64,000 bases of DNA. Origin: an uncultured Draconibacterium sp. (GTDB lineage: Bacteria > Bacteroidota > Bacteroidia > Bacteroidales > Prolixibacteraceae). Made by a program: the position numbers and the translations under genes. Shown here piece by piece: positions 28,369-38,197 of the stretch (position 1 is the first letter of the stretch; each line of letters starts with the position of its first letter). Under the pieces are notes generated by a model, which worked only from the letters and a program-made list of their open reading frames with translations, searched no databases and was not told the origin of the DNA. The DNA lies in assembly GCA_963676775.2 (NCBI GenBank), contig CAXXDA010000001.1, positions 12,615 to 76,614 on the forward strand, in the 5' to 3' direction.

Positions 28369-30360
28369 ATGAATTACGTTAAAATAATTATACTTTTTTT
28401 TGTAGTTATATTCTTAGGTTCGTGTGGTGCCGCCAAACTAGGCAGAGACGCGATTCTTTCTCACGATATTGGCGAATATTACAAAGCCATAGAAAAATAC
28501 CGGAAGGCCAGCAGAAAAGAAAAGAACAGGACAAAACGTATGGAGTATGCGTTTTCTATTGCTGAATGCTATCGTGCCATAGGTGACTACGAAAGGGCTG
28601 CATTGTATTATAAGAATGCTATGCGTCGGGGTTATACCGATCCGATAGTAATTTTTTATGATGCTGAAATGTTACGAGCATCGCAGGATTATGAAGATGC
28701 AATTGAAGCCTACCGGACATTTCTGGATTCAGTTCCGGGTGACAAACGTGCTTTGGCAGGACTGGAAGCGATTCAAAAAACACAGGAGTGGGTAGCAAAT
28801 CCAACCCGACATATTATTAATCCTATTAAAGAAATAAATTCGCGCGAAAGCGATTATGCCCCGGCCTTTGTTGGTGGTCGTGATAATGAAATAATATTTA
28901 CATCGACACGTAAAGCTGCAACAGGGAAACGTGAAAGTATGATTACCGGACAGAATTATGCCGATTTATTCAGAGCTACTTTCAATATCCAAAGACAAAA
29001 ATGGAATGAACCAAAGTTGCTGGAAGAAAGTTTGATAATCGATACTGGCGATGAAGAGGGGGCAGCTACTCTTTCGTCGACCGGAGAGCAAATGATATTT
29101 ACTCGTTGCAGGTACGATAAAGGTCAGGGGTTGGGAGCTGAGTTGTATTCTACTTCTCAATCGCGGGGCTCATGGTCTAATCCCATAAAATTACAGGTTG
29201 TGGGCGACAGTCTGATTGCAGCTCATCCGTCACTAAGCGCTGATGAGTCGGTGCTCTATTTTGTTTCTGATATGCCAGGAGGATTTGGCGGAAAAGATAT
29301 CTGGATGGCAGAGAGCCAGGGAGGAACTTACGGTAATCCCGTAAATATGGGGGCGGATATTAATACACCCGGCGACGAAATGTTTCCTTTTATACGCGAC
29401 AATGGCGAACTTTATTTCTCTTCTAATTATAGGATGGGTATGGGAGGTTACGATATTTTTAAAGCGGCTAAAAATGAAGAGGGGAAATGGGTCGTTGAAA
29501 ATATGGGGGCCCCAATGAATTCTCCTGGCGATGATTTTGGGATTGCCTTTATTCCGGGAGAAGATAAAGGGATGTTCACTTCTAATCGAAAAGGTTCGCG
29601 TGGCGACGATATTTATTCGTTCTTGGTACCACCCAAAATCTTCCAGATAGAAGGAGAAGTAATTGATAAAGAAACCGGAAGCAGAATGGACGGAGCAACT
29701 GTACGGATAATAGGTACCGATGGCACTAACCTGAAAATGCGTACGAAAAACGGAAGATTCAGGCTGAAACTAAAACCGGAAACCGATTATATTTTCGCCG
29801 CTTTTAAAGATGGATATCTGCGCGATAAAGCAGCAGTTTCAACAATTGGATTGGAAGACAGTAAAGATTTTAGGTACGATTTGTATCTTACACCTACTGA
29901 TGCTCCAATAAAAGTGGAAAACATAAATTATGCTTTTAATAGTTATGAATTGGTTCCCGAGTCGAAAATAGCACTCGATACACTGGTACAGATTCTGCAA
30001 ATGAATCCAACAATAACTATTGAATTGATGTCGCACACTGACTATGTGGGTAGTGACCAGTATAACTTCGATCTTTCGCAGAAGCGTGCTCAAAGTGTAG
30101 TTGATTATCTGATTGAAAAGGGAATTAGCTCTGCAAGGTTAGTTGCCAAAGGATATGGTGAAACCTGGCCCAAAATGGTTACCCGGCAATTGGCAAAAAA
30201 ATACGATTTTCTGAAACGGGAAGACGAGTTAACCGAAGAATTTATTTTGAAACTTACACCCGACCAGCAGGAAATTGCCAACTCCATTAACCGCCGGACT
30301 GAATTCCGGGTACTTTCTACCGATTTTATTGAAAAATACGACGCTGAACCGGAAAAGTAA
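28369..30360 (+). CDS. OmpA-family protein with TPR, PD40/TolB-like repeats, CarboxypepD_reg-like domain and C-terminal OmpA domain
   Basis: 663 aa with a signal peptide and Cys. Repeated 'E..P.(F/I)S.DG..L(Y/I)F(S/T)S' PD40-like units. The C-terminal 'INYAFNSYEL...HTDYVGSDQYNFDLSQKRAQSVVDYL...NRRTEFRVL' is an OmpA_C peptidoglycan-binding domain. Confidence 0.88.
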   Translation: MNYVKIIILFFVVIFLGSCGAAKLGRDAILSHDIGEYYKAIEKYRKASRKEKNRTKRMEYAFSIAECYRAIGDYERAALYYKNAMRRGYTDPIVIFYDAEMLRASQDYEDAIEAYRTFLDSVPGDKRALAGLEAIQKTQEWVANPTRHIINPIKEINSRESDYAPAFVGGRDNEIIFTSTRKAATGKRESMITGQNYADLFRATFNIQRQKWNEPKLLEESLIIDTGDEEGAATLSSTGEQMIFTRCRYDKGQGLGAELYSTSQSRGSWSNPIKLQVVGDSLIAAHPSLSADESVLYFVSDMPGGFGGKDIWMAESQGGTYGNPVNMGADINTPGDEMFPFIRDNGELYFSSNYRMGMGGYDIFKAAKNEEGKWVVENMGAPMNSPGDDFGIAFIPGEDKGMFTSNRKGSRGDDIYSFLVPPKIFQIEGEVIDKETGSRMDGATVRIIGTDGTNLKMRTKNGRFRLKLKPETDYIFAAFKDGYLRDKAAVSTIGLEDSKDFRYDLYLTPTDAPIKVENINYAFNSYELVPESKIALDTLVQILQMNPTITIELMSHTDYVGSDQYNFDLSQKRAQSVVDYLIEKGISSARLVAKGYGETWPKMVTRQLAKKYDFLKREDELTEEFILKLTPDQQEIANSINRRTEFRVLSTDFIEKYDAEPEK

Positions 30361-30482
30361 TATACCCGGGTGTAGAAAATCGAAAGGATTACAAGCTTTT
30401 TTTCTAAGTATTATATAAACATCAGTATACTTTTTTTAACAATTAGAGCAAAAGGTTTTTGTGTGGAAATCAGTCTGTATTG

Positions 30483-30974
30483 CTAATATAGTTTTTTAAT
30501 TGGAACCCAAATCTCTTCTTCTGAATCCGGATCATCCTTTTTATATTTCTCTCCCAGAATTTCAAAGTGTGGTCGATTATCGAGTTGGTATATTGAGTTA
30601 GGTAGCCATTTTTCAAAAATATACTGAAAGACAGATGCGGCATCATTTGCGGCTCCGTGATAATAAAAAACACCGTATAATCCTCCCGGAAGAATAAAAG
30701 ATTCCAGATTGTTAGGAATGTCATTAAAATCCGAAACTTCAATCAATGCCCATTTTTCAAATACAGAGGCCGGATTAAATGCTTCAAAATAGGATTCAGG
30801 GTAATATTGCAAAGAATAAAGCTTGGAGCTTACAGTATTGCCAATTTCTGTTCGTCGTTTCATAAAACTGTGCCACAGTTGTTGGGTTTTATTTTCTGCA
30901 AGCGACATTTTTAAGCGCTGGCCAACGAGTTTCTTCTTCGAAATTGTTTTTATTTCAGGTTGAAATTCTGTCAT
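30483..30974 (-). CDS. GyrI-like small-molecule-binding domain protein
   Basis: 163 aa. Length and pattern (KKLVGQRLKMS...; C-terminal 'FEILGEKY...EEIWVPIK') fit the AraC-effector-binding / GyrI-like fold. Confidence 0.6.
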   Translation of the reverse strand: MTEFQPEIKTISKKKLVGQRLKMSLAENKTQQLWHSFMKRRTEIGNTVSSKLYSLQYYPESYFEAFNPASVFEKWALIEVSDFNDIPNNLESFILPGGLYGVFYYHGAANDAASVFQYIFEKWLPNSIYQLDNRPHFEILGEKYKKDDPDSEEEIWVPIKKLY

Positions 30975-31027
30975 TCTTTACTTTAATGAAGCTAAATCAG
31001 GAGTGAAATAAAATTTGCATGCTTATT

Positions 31028-32071
31028 TTATTCTTCGGATTCCATAGCATTCTGAAGTTTCTTTATTTGTTCCGGATTTCCAAGAACAAAGAGCTGGTCA
31101 TTGCGCGAGAGTATCATTTTCGGATCAGGATTAAATACGTAGCGGGCACCACTGATTTTTATTCCGATAATATTTGCCCCTGAGATTTCGCGTACTTTCA
31201 GATCGGCTATTGATTTTCCTACAAACCGCTGTGACAGTTTTTTACATGACAACTCTTCTATGCTTACATCCCTGGTTTTTTGCAAAAGTATATATTCGAG
31301 GAATTCAACTACGTCAGGCTGGTGTACCAGTTTAGCCATACGTTGTCCGCCAATTCGTTCCGGCATAATTACATTGGTGGCTCCGGCTCGTTTCAATTTC
31401 ATCTGTGACTCCATTTCCGAAGCCCGACTGATGATGATTAGCCCGGGATTCATGCTTCGTGCCGTTAATACAACAAAAACATTATCGGCATCGTTTGGTG
31501 TTGTTGCAATAAGCGCCCGCGCATAATTAACCTGGGCTTGTCCCAGTATATCTTCATGTGTGGCATCTCCCTTTATATATAGCAATCCGGGGTTTTGTCG
31601 AATTCTTGAAACTACATTGTCTCGTTTATCAACAATAACAAAAGGTACATTGTGCTCGGCCAGTTCCATGGCGGCCTGCTCACCATTCCGGCCATAACCA
31701 ACAATGATTACGTGATTTCTGAGTTTTGCAATTTTTTTATCCACCCTGTATGTTTTTATATAATTTGCTAATTCTCCGTCGAAAACAAACCGAGCCATAT
31801 TCGAACCCACATACGCCAATCCTCCCAGGCTGGTTATAATTAATCCCATCGTAAATACTTTGCCTGAAGGCGATAATGGTTGAGCTCCAACTTCTTTAAA
31901 ACCTACTGTTGAGACTGTAATTACCGTCATGTAAAGGCTGTCAAGCAGGCTCATTTTTTCCAGCAAATGATATCCCAGCGTACCGGCTCCAAGAATTGAT
32001 AAGAACAAACCTATCCCAATTTTTAATGTCCGGCTTGACGCCTCCTGAAATTTATTGTATTGCTGGCTCAT
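31028..32071 (-). CDS. Two-TM ion channel with RCK (TrkA-N/TrkA-C) domains; non-canonical selectivity filter TVGFK
   Basis: 347 aa. Pore helix and filter 'LYMTVITVSTVGFKEV', Rossmann 'HVIIVGYGRNGEQAA' and a C-terminal TrkA-C-like domain. Confidence 0.8.
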   Translation of the reverse strand: MSQQYNKFQEASSRTLKIGIGLFLSILGAGTLGYHLLEKMSLLDSLYMTVITVSTVGFKEVGAQPLSPSGKVFTMGLIITSLGGLAYVGSNMARFVFDGELANYIKTYRVDKKIAKLRNHVIIVGYGRNGEQAAMELAEHNVPFVIVDKRDNVVSRIRQNPGLLYIKGDATHEDILGQAQVNYARALIATTPNDADNVFVVLTARSMNPGLIIISRASEMESQMKLKRAGATNVIMPERIGGQRMAKLVHQPDVVEFLEYILLQKTRDVSIEELSCKKLSQRFVGKSIADLKVREISGANIIGIKISGARYVFNPDPKMILSRNDQLFVLGNPEQIKKLQNAMESEE

Positions 32072-33360
32072 TCGGCTATTTTGGTTTTGCTTTTTACAAG
32101 TTTAACACCTATTTGGCAATTTAAGCATTTTTTCTTTTCGCAATATAAATTTTTAAGTTGAAGTAATGCTTGCGTATCAAAAGCAGAACGGGTATGAATG
32201 CCTAATTTTTTCCATTTTGTAATGATTGAATTTTTTTCAGGAGGAAGCTGTTCCAGAAATTCTAGCGCACGGTTTTTCAGGTAACTTTTGTTTTGTTTTT
32301 CGCCATAAACAAACAGGAATGGTATAACTACGTTTATAATTAGCGTGTTTGCTGAAGTCTCTCCCAATTCCTTTGAAATGGTTTTATTGGTTGTTTTGTT
32401 GAAATTGTAATGGTCATTCCAGTACTCTGATGCTTTTACTTTAAACAGTTGTTTTAACTCTTTTAGATTTTCGATTTCCATAATTTTCGAAAATATTCCG
32501 TTTGAATGATGAATTAGTGCAGCCATTTGCGAAATACGAACTGTTGGAAAATTTACCGGCCGCAATCTCATGAATTTCCATAGGTGACTTCCGATGGGAG
32601 TTAAACCATATTTTTTATACAAAAAGGAATATTCTTTTCTCAGTTCGAGAAAGTAATCGTCGCCCAGAAGTTGTTCGTTTAATAAACCTGAGTTGCCAAA
32701 CAACAGTGCTTCCAGTTGAAACAGGTTACTTTTATGCTTGGCCAGGATATTCATTGGAAGCGAGTTGGCCAGCAATTCGAAAGGAACAGCATTCACTTTG
32801 AATCCAAACATGCGTGCCAGCATTTGATAAAAAGTTTCATTCCAGTTGTTATTATTTCGTTCAAATCGTTGTTCAATATCGGTTGTTTTATTTTCAAGCC
32901 GTTCAATCATTAAGCGGTTAAAACCCAGTTGCAGTAACACCGGATTTAACTTATGAAGCTGCTTTTCGCAAGGAATCCAGGTTTTGGCATCAAGTAGTTG
33001 TTGGTAGTTTCTGCGCAAATGTTCAGGATAGCTTATTATCATTGTTGGAATTACTTCACTATTCATTCGTGCCACTTCCTTATCGGCTATTTCAACTACA
33101 TGTAAAATAACATTATCGTAGGCTTTATCGTTGTGGTGATTATGTAGCTGCCAGCCTGATGATTTTTTGTGAATTTCCACATTCCCTGCCCAAATGGTTT
33201 CTCCGATTTTTATTTTAGCATTGAAAAAATCGGGACCGGAATCGTGATTGCGTTTTCCGGGATGAATGATTTCTACTGTTTCGTTAGCGGTCGTTTTTAG
33301 GTTTTGGGTATGAAAAAGTTTGTTTTCCCAAATGTATTGTAAAAATTCTTCCGGCATCAT
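32068..33360 (-). CDS. DUF2851-family protein
   Basis: 430 aa. 'EEFLQYIWENKLF...IIHPGKRNHDSGPDFFNAKIKIGETIWAGNVEIH' is the characteristic DUF2851 N-terminus. There is a C-terminal CxxC ('KKKCLNCQIG'). ATGA overlap with the channel gene. Confidence 0.75.
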   Translation of the reverse strand: MMPEEFLQYIWENKLFHTQNLKTTANETVEIIHPGKRNHDSGPDFFNAKIKIGETIWAGNVEIHKKSSGWQLHNHHNDKAYDNVILHVVEIADKEVARMNSEVIPTMIISYPEHLRRNYQQLLDAKTWIPCEKQLHKLNPVLLQLGFNRLMIERLENKTTDIEQRFERNNNNWNETFYQMLARMFGFKVNAVPFELLANSLPMNILAKHKSNLFQLEALLFGNSGLLNEQLLGDDYFLELRKEYSFLYKKYGLTPIGSHLWKFMRLRPVNFPTVRISQMAALIHHSNGIFSKIMEIENLKELKQLFKVKASEYWNDHYNFNKTTNKTISKELGETSANTLIINVVIPFLFVYGEKQNKSYLKNRALEFLEQLPPEKNSIITKWKKLGIHTRSAFDTQALLQLKNLYCEKKKCLNCQIGVKLVKSKTKIAE

Positions 33361-33438
33361 TATCGGGTTAACGTTTAAAAATCAGAGATTAAATTAATTC
33401 AAAAAAATGCCAAAATCAAAAAAACTCACAAAGTAGAA

Positions 33439-33975
33439 TTAATTTTTGTTTTGGATTTTTTGAAATATATCCCATAAAACAATACCTGCGCTTACCGAAA
33501 TGTTAAACGAATGTTTGGTTCCATACTGGGGTATTTCAATGCTGGAATCGCACATTCGAACCACTTTCTGCTGAACACCTTTTACTTCATTGCCAAATAC
33601 CAATGCCAGTTTTTCATTTTCGGATGGCTGAAAATCGGAAAGCAGAATACTGTTTTCTACTTGCTCAATGGCGTACACAGTAAATCCGGCTTCTTTTAGT
33701 TTAGTTATTGCGTCTTCGGTTTTTTCCAAATATTCCCAACTCACTGATTTCTCTGCATCGAGGGCAGTTTTATGGATTTCTTTATTTGGTGGTGTGGCCG
33801 TAATTCCGCAGAGGTATATTTTTTCAATCAGCAAAGCATCCGAGGTTCTGAAAACCGAGCCAATATTGTTACAACTTCGAATATTATCGAGCACTACTAT
33901 TACCGGTGTTTTTTTAGAGTGCTTGTATTCTTCTACGGTTATACGGTTTAATTCGCTGTTTCTCAGTTTTCTCAT
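33439..33975 (-). CDS. SpoU/TrmH-family RNA 2'-O-methyltransferase
   Basis: 178 aa. 'LDNIRSCNNIGSVFRTSDA', 'LVFGNEVKGV' and 'IPQYGTKHSFNISVSAGIVLW' are the three SPOUT motifs. Confidence 0.88.
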   Translation of the reverse strand: MRKLRNSELNRITVEEYKHSKKTPVIVVLDNIRSCNNIGSVFRTSDALLIEKIYLCGITATPPNKEIHKTALDAEKSVSWEYLEKTEDAITKLKEAGFTVYAIEQVENSILLSDFQPSENEKLALVFGNEVKGVQQKVVRMCDSSIEIPQYGTKHSFNISVSAGIVLWDIFQKIQNKN

Positions 33976-34008
33976 AACGAAAAAAAATTGTTGCTTAAAA
34001 GATATGTT

Positions 34009-35271
34009 TTACATATTCACTTTGGACCGACGGATTGGCATGGTCATACACCGTGCACCGCCACCACCACGTGCTAACTCTGAGCCGGCAATGGTCACCA
34101 CACATTTTTTGTAATCATCAGGTGAAACTTTCCCTTCAATCATATCGGTAGCTTTTATTACTTCGAACCCAAACTTATTTAATTCTTCCAGTGTATGTAC
34201 ATTGCGTTCGTATCCAATAACTTTCCCCGGGGCAAACGCAAAAAAGTTTGCGCCGCTGTGCCATTGTTCGCGTTCCTGAATCCAAAGATCATCGCTGCCA
34301 CCACAATAAATCGGTTGGAGATCCATACCCAGTTTTTTTAATGCAGCAGGAATATTTAATTCTTCTTCAATACTAACCACCTTTTTATTATCAATTCGAA
34401 TGTGCAGGGTACGGTAACGGCTTGTGCCAAAGATTACCGGCTCGTAAACCATGCATGCATCAGTGTCGAGGAATGTAAAAATCATATCCAGGTGAATAAA
34501 AGACTCCGGATTTGAAGGAAGTTCCTGAACGATTATATGATGTGGTTCCGACTTCATTAGTTTTACATTTTCAATAATAAAATCGATACCCTGAGTGCTC
34601 GTGCGCATACCTGTGCCTACCACAAATACATCTTCTCTGGCCACCTGGAAATCGCCACCTTCCAGATTTGACTTCATATTCTTAATAATCCCTGCTTTAG
34701 GTTTTAACGGGTTTAATGTCACTGTTTCGAACATGGGGTGACAATTAAAAATGGCATCCATAATGAGGGTTTCACGTTCGCGTACAGGATTGGCCATTCG
34801 GCCGATTAGCATTTTGTCGTTCATGCCCATGGCCGAATCACGGGTGAAAAACAGGTTGTGTAACGGGCGTAACAAAAAGCGTTCGTTATTCAAATAATTG
34901 GTGAGGTTGTTTTTCTCCAGAAAAACTCCTTCAATTAATAAACGGGCCAGGTTATCAGGTTCGATTTCGCCAAGTTCGTTTTCTTTTCCTGGAATTCCTT
35001 CATGTTCGCATATTTCTTTCAGTAGAGTGATTTTGTGCGATTCGTTTTCAAGTACCTTTTTCAGCAACGTTTTAATTTCGAATACCGGAGAAATTTTCTT
35101 TAGCACACCCGTAAGTTGTGTATATTCCTGTGTAGCTATTGAAAGGTTCAGGATGTCGCTGTACAAAGCACGTTCAGCATTTTCGGGGGTCATATTTTCA
35201 ACTTCCGATCCCGGGGGATGAATTATCACACCTTCCAGCTTGCCAATTTCTGAATATATACTTGTTTTCAT
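34009..35271 (-). CDS. arcA: Arginine deiminase family protein
   Basis: 420 aa. 'SEIGKLEGVIIHPPGSE' and 'FTRDS' are present, and the C-terminal 'GGGGARCMTMPI' carries the catalytic Cys of the guanidino-modifying superfamily. Confidence 0.8.
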   Translation of the reverse strand: MKTSIYSEIGKLEGVIIHPPGSEVENMTPENAERALYSDILNLSIATQEYTQLTGVLKKISPVFEIKTLLKKVLENESHKITLLKEICEHEGIPGKENELGEIEPDNLARLLIEGVFLEKNNLTNYLNNERFLLRPLHNLFFTRDSAMGMNDKMLIGRMANPVRERETLIMDAIFNCHPMFETVTLNPLKPKAGIIKNMKSNLEGGDFQVAREDVFVVGTGMRTSTQGIDFIIENVKLMKSEPHHIIVQELPSNPESFIHLDMIFTFLDTDACMVYEPVIFGTSRYRTLHIRIDNKKVVSIEEELNIPAALKKLGMDLQPIYCGGSDDLWIQEREQWHSGANFFAFAPGKVIGYERNVHTLEELNKFGFEVIKATDMIEGKVSPDDYKKCVVTIAGSELARGGGGARCMTMPIRRSKVNM

Positions 35272-35475
35272 TTCTTATTAATTGTTGGTCCCTTTTTTGC
35301 ACGAAAAATATAAATGGTATGTTTCACTGAATTTTTGAATTTTGGTCATTTCAGTAAAGCAATTAAATTCATTTTTTTACTATTCAAAAATCAGGTTCAA
35401 AGATATAAACTTTGACCTTGTAATAATTGTAAAATGAATTATTCGTTCTAATTTTATGTAACAAAAACAGATGAT

Positions 35476-36063
35476 TTGAAGCGATTGATTTTCATAGTGA
35501 TATATTTTTGTATGCCTGTATTAGCGGCATATGCGCAAGATAAAGATTCTGCTCAGATATTGATGGGTATCGTTCAGGATGGCGATACTATAATCCATAA
35601 GAATATTAAGGAAGTGGTGGTAATACCTCTGCGTCAATTTGAAAATAGACGTATGCAGCGTCGGTACAATCGTTTTGTCGCAAAGGTGAAAAAAGTATAC
35701 CCGCTGGCAGTAGAGGCGGAAGAATTATTGAAAAAATATGAACCTATTTATAATAAGTTGGAAGATAGGCGCGACAAAAGAAAATTGATGAAAAATCTTG
35801 AAAAAGAATTGCTGTCAGAGCATAAAGATGAATTGAGGCATTGGTCCATTTCTGATGGTCGTATTTTACTAAAACTAATAAATCGGGAAACAGAACGTAC
35901 GCCTTACAGTATAATTAGGGATTTCAGAGGTAATTTCAGCGCTTTCTTCTGGCAGGGGATAGCCAAAATTTTCAGGAACGATTTAAAAGCCGGTTATGAA
36001 CCTGAAGGTGAAGATAAATGGCTTGAAGAAATAGTTACCCTCATTGAATTAGGATATATATAA
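35476..36063 (+). CDS. Secreted hypothetical protein (possibly DUF4294-like)
   Basis: 195 aa with a TTG start and signal peptide (MKRLIFIVIYFCMPVLAAYAQ). Basic/helical. Family recalled only loosely. Confidence 0.5.
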   Translation: MKRLIFIVIYFCMPVLAAYAQDKDSAQILMGIVQDGDTIIHKNIKEVVVIPLRQFENRRMQRRYNRFVAKVKKVYPLAVEAEELLKKYEPIYNKLEDRRDKRKLMKNLEKELLSEHKDELRHWSISDGRILLKLINRETERTPYSIIRDFRGNFSAFFWQGIAKIFRNDLKAGYEPEGEDKWLEEIVTLIELGYI

Positions 36064-36072
36064 CTTTTGGGA

Positions 36073-36643
36073 ATGAGCGAGTCATACAGAACATTTATTG
36101 CTCTGAAAATTCAACCTGAAGATAAATTGTTGCATTTGCTTGGTGAATTTAAAATGGTCCTCCGGGATGAAGCCATAAAATGGGTGGAGCCTGATAGTTT
36201 GCATATAACGTTAAAATTTCTGGGCGATACAACGACTGGCCAGGTTAAAGAGGTAAAAGAAATTTTAGCTCAAATAGCCGGGGAGTTTCCTGATTTTCAG
36301 TTTCAATTAAAAGGAATGGGATATTTCAAATCAAAAGGACAACCGCGTGTTTTGTTTGTTGGTATAGAGGGCTTTGACTCATTAACGCATTTGGTCGATA
36401 ACCTTCAGAATTCGCTGGAAGAAATCGGATTTGAAAAAGAAAAACGGGCATTCAAACCTCACCTTACCCTGGCTCGAATTAAGTTGTTAAAAAACAAAAG
36501 TAAATTCTACTCTTTGGTTGAAAAAGCTGGGAACAATTAGTTTTCAGTCTGTACCAGCCAAACAGGTTATCTTCTATCAAAGTATTTTGAAACCGTCAGG
36601 GCCGGTGTATATTCCGCTGCTAAATGTGCAACTTAATGGTTGA
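36073..36643 (+). pseudogene. thpR: RNA 2',3'-cyclic phosphodiesterase (ThpR/LigT, 2H family) interrupted by one +1 frameshift at an A5 run
   Basis: Both 2H motifs are present ('HITLKFLG', 'HLTLARI'). The frame ends at 36540 (..VEKAGNN*). The +1 frame continues LGTISFQSVPAKQVIFYQSILKPSGPVYIPLLNVQLNG* to 36643, which is the expected ThpR C-terminus. The shift maps to aaaaa at 36521-36525. Confidence 0.8.
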
Positions 36644-36681
36644 TGTTTTTATGGATTTTATCTGGCAAGCGGGAAATAGAT

Positions 36682-38097
36682 CTATTTCCCATTGCCTTTA
36701 AAACTAACCATTAGGGTAAAGATCAGTATTTTAAAATCAATATATAATGAAATGTTCTTCAAATACATCATGTCATAGGGTAAACGTTCAAGCATTTCAT
36801 TTACATTCGATGCATACCCGTATTTTACCTGGCCCCACGATGTGATTCCCGGCCTTAACTTGTGCAAATGAGTATAATGCGGTGCTTTTTTTATTATTTG
36901 ATCTATGTAATATTTTCGCTCCGGGCGTGGCCCCACCAATGACATTTCTCCTTTCAGTACATTATAAAACTGAGGTATTTCATCCAGATGTGTTTTTCGA
37001 AGGTATCTTCCAATGCGGGTAACCCTGTTATCTTTTTCATTCGAAAGTTCAGGTGTGCCATTTTCAGCTCCTTTAACCATACTGCGTAATTTGTATATAT
37101 TAAAAGGTTTGCCAAACCTGCCAATGCGTTCCTGCTTGTAAATAATAGGTCCTTTCGATGTGGATTTGATAATCACAGCCAGTACAATCGCAGCCGGAAG
37201 AAATACCACCATGGCAGCTAATGAAAAAACTACATCGAGCAGTCTTTTTGTGTTTTCCTGCCAGCCGGACATTAAACCGTTTGATATTTTTATCAGCGGG
37301 CTACCATAAATGGTATTTACTTTTACTGTACCTGAAAGAAAATCATAAATATCCGGAAGCCCCCATATGGTTACCTGGCGATTTTCTACAATGGTTAAAA
37401 TGTCACTTAGCTGCTTGTGTTCCACTGTTTCCAATGCTATAATTACTTCTTCAACTTGATTTTTTTCTATGGTTTCTATTAAATTGTCGATGCCACCCAG
37501 TTTAGGTATATGTTTACTCAGAAGTTCATCATTATTATTTTCGAGCCCCACAAAGCCTACAAATAAATTTCCTGCCGGACGAATCTGACTGGTCATCTCT
37601 TTGTAAATTTTTACTGCATTTTCGTTACTCCCTATAATTAATGTATTAAAACCGATTTTTCTGTTATGAATCTGATGAATGGTGCGTGTGGTTAAAACCA
37701 GCCTGAAAAAGTAAGTGAAGGAGAAGTGAAGCAGAAGTAATGTAAAAGAGAGCTGGTAATAGTTTTTGTATGAGTGTATAAAATCGTCGAGGATGAGTGC
37801 AAAGAAGATTACAACTACACCGATAAGCGACGTTAAAAAAGTTTGTCCCAGTTCGAGCAAGCGTGAACGCCGGAAAATATTTTTGTAAAAGCCGGTAATG
37901 TAATAAAATGTAATCCAGAATAGGGGAATAATCAGTAACCCTAAATAATAGCGTGAGGTAAATTCAATAGGAATATCTACTCCAAACCGCTGAGGTTCGA
38001 TAAAGGCTTTCCTGTAGACAAAAAATGCAGTCCAACTAATAGCTGTGGCCAGGAAATCGAAAATCAAATATTTTGCAACTTGTCTGTTCTTATTCAT
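36682..38097 (-). CDS. Polyprenyl-phosphate hexose-1-phosphate transferase (WbaP/EpsB-type initiating sugar transferase)
   Basis: 471 aa with N-terminal TM helices and a central Rossmann-like domain. The C-terminal 'KLRSM...DNRVTRIGRYLRKTHLDEIPQFYNVLKGEMSLVGPRP' is the bacterial sugar transferase signature. Confidence 0.9.
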   Translation of the reverse strand: MNKNRQVAKYLIFDFLATAISWTAFFVYRKAFIEPQRFGVDIPIEFTSRYYLGLLIIPLFWITFYYITGFYKNIFRRSRLLELGQTFLTSLIGVVVIFFALILDDFIHSYKNYYQLSFTLLLLHFSFTYFFRLVLTTRTIHQIHNRKIGFNTLIIGSNENAVKIYKEMTSQIRPAGNLFVGFVGLENNNDELLSKHIPKLGGIDNLIETIEKNQVEEVIIALETVEHKQLSDILTIVENRQVTIWGLPDIYDFLSGTVKVNTIYGSPLIKISNGLMSGWQENTKRLLDVVFSLAAMVVFLPAAIVLAVIIKSTSKGPIIYKQERIGRFGKPFNIYKLRSMVKGAENGTPELSNEKDNRVTRIGRYLRKTHLDEIPQFYNVLKGEMSLVGPRPERKYYIDQIIKKAPHYTHLHKLRPGITSWGQVKYGYASNVNEMLERLPYDMMYLKNISLYIDFKILIFTLMVSFKGNGK

Positions 38098-38197
38098 TCA
38101 ATTTGGTTAAGTCTGGTATTGAGCAATTTGTAACAAGTGCATACATTAAACGTTCACATAAAAAGAATATTGCGGTAAAAGTAGTTTTTTAGATGAA

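Noticed and set aside
30470-30742. 90-aa minus-strand ORF overlapping the GyrI-like gene in another frame
   Set aside because: It is nested in the longer 163-aa ORF, which has a recognisable fold pattern. It is probably spurious.
33668-34114. 148-aa plus-strand ORF bridging the trmH-like and arginine deiminase genes
   Set aside because: It runs antisense across two well-supported minus-strand genes and their intergenic gap. No coding-like features.
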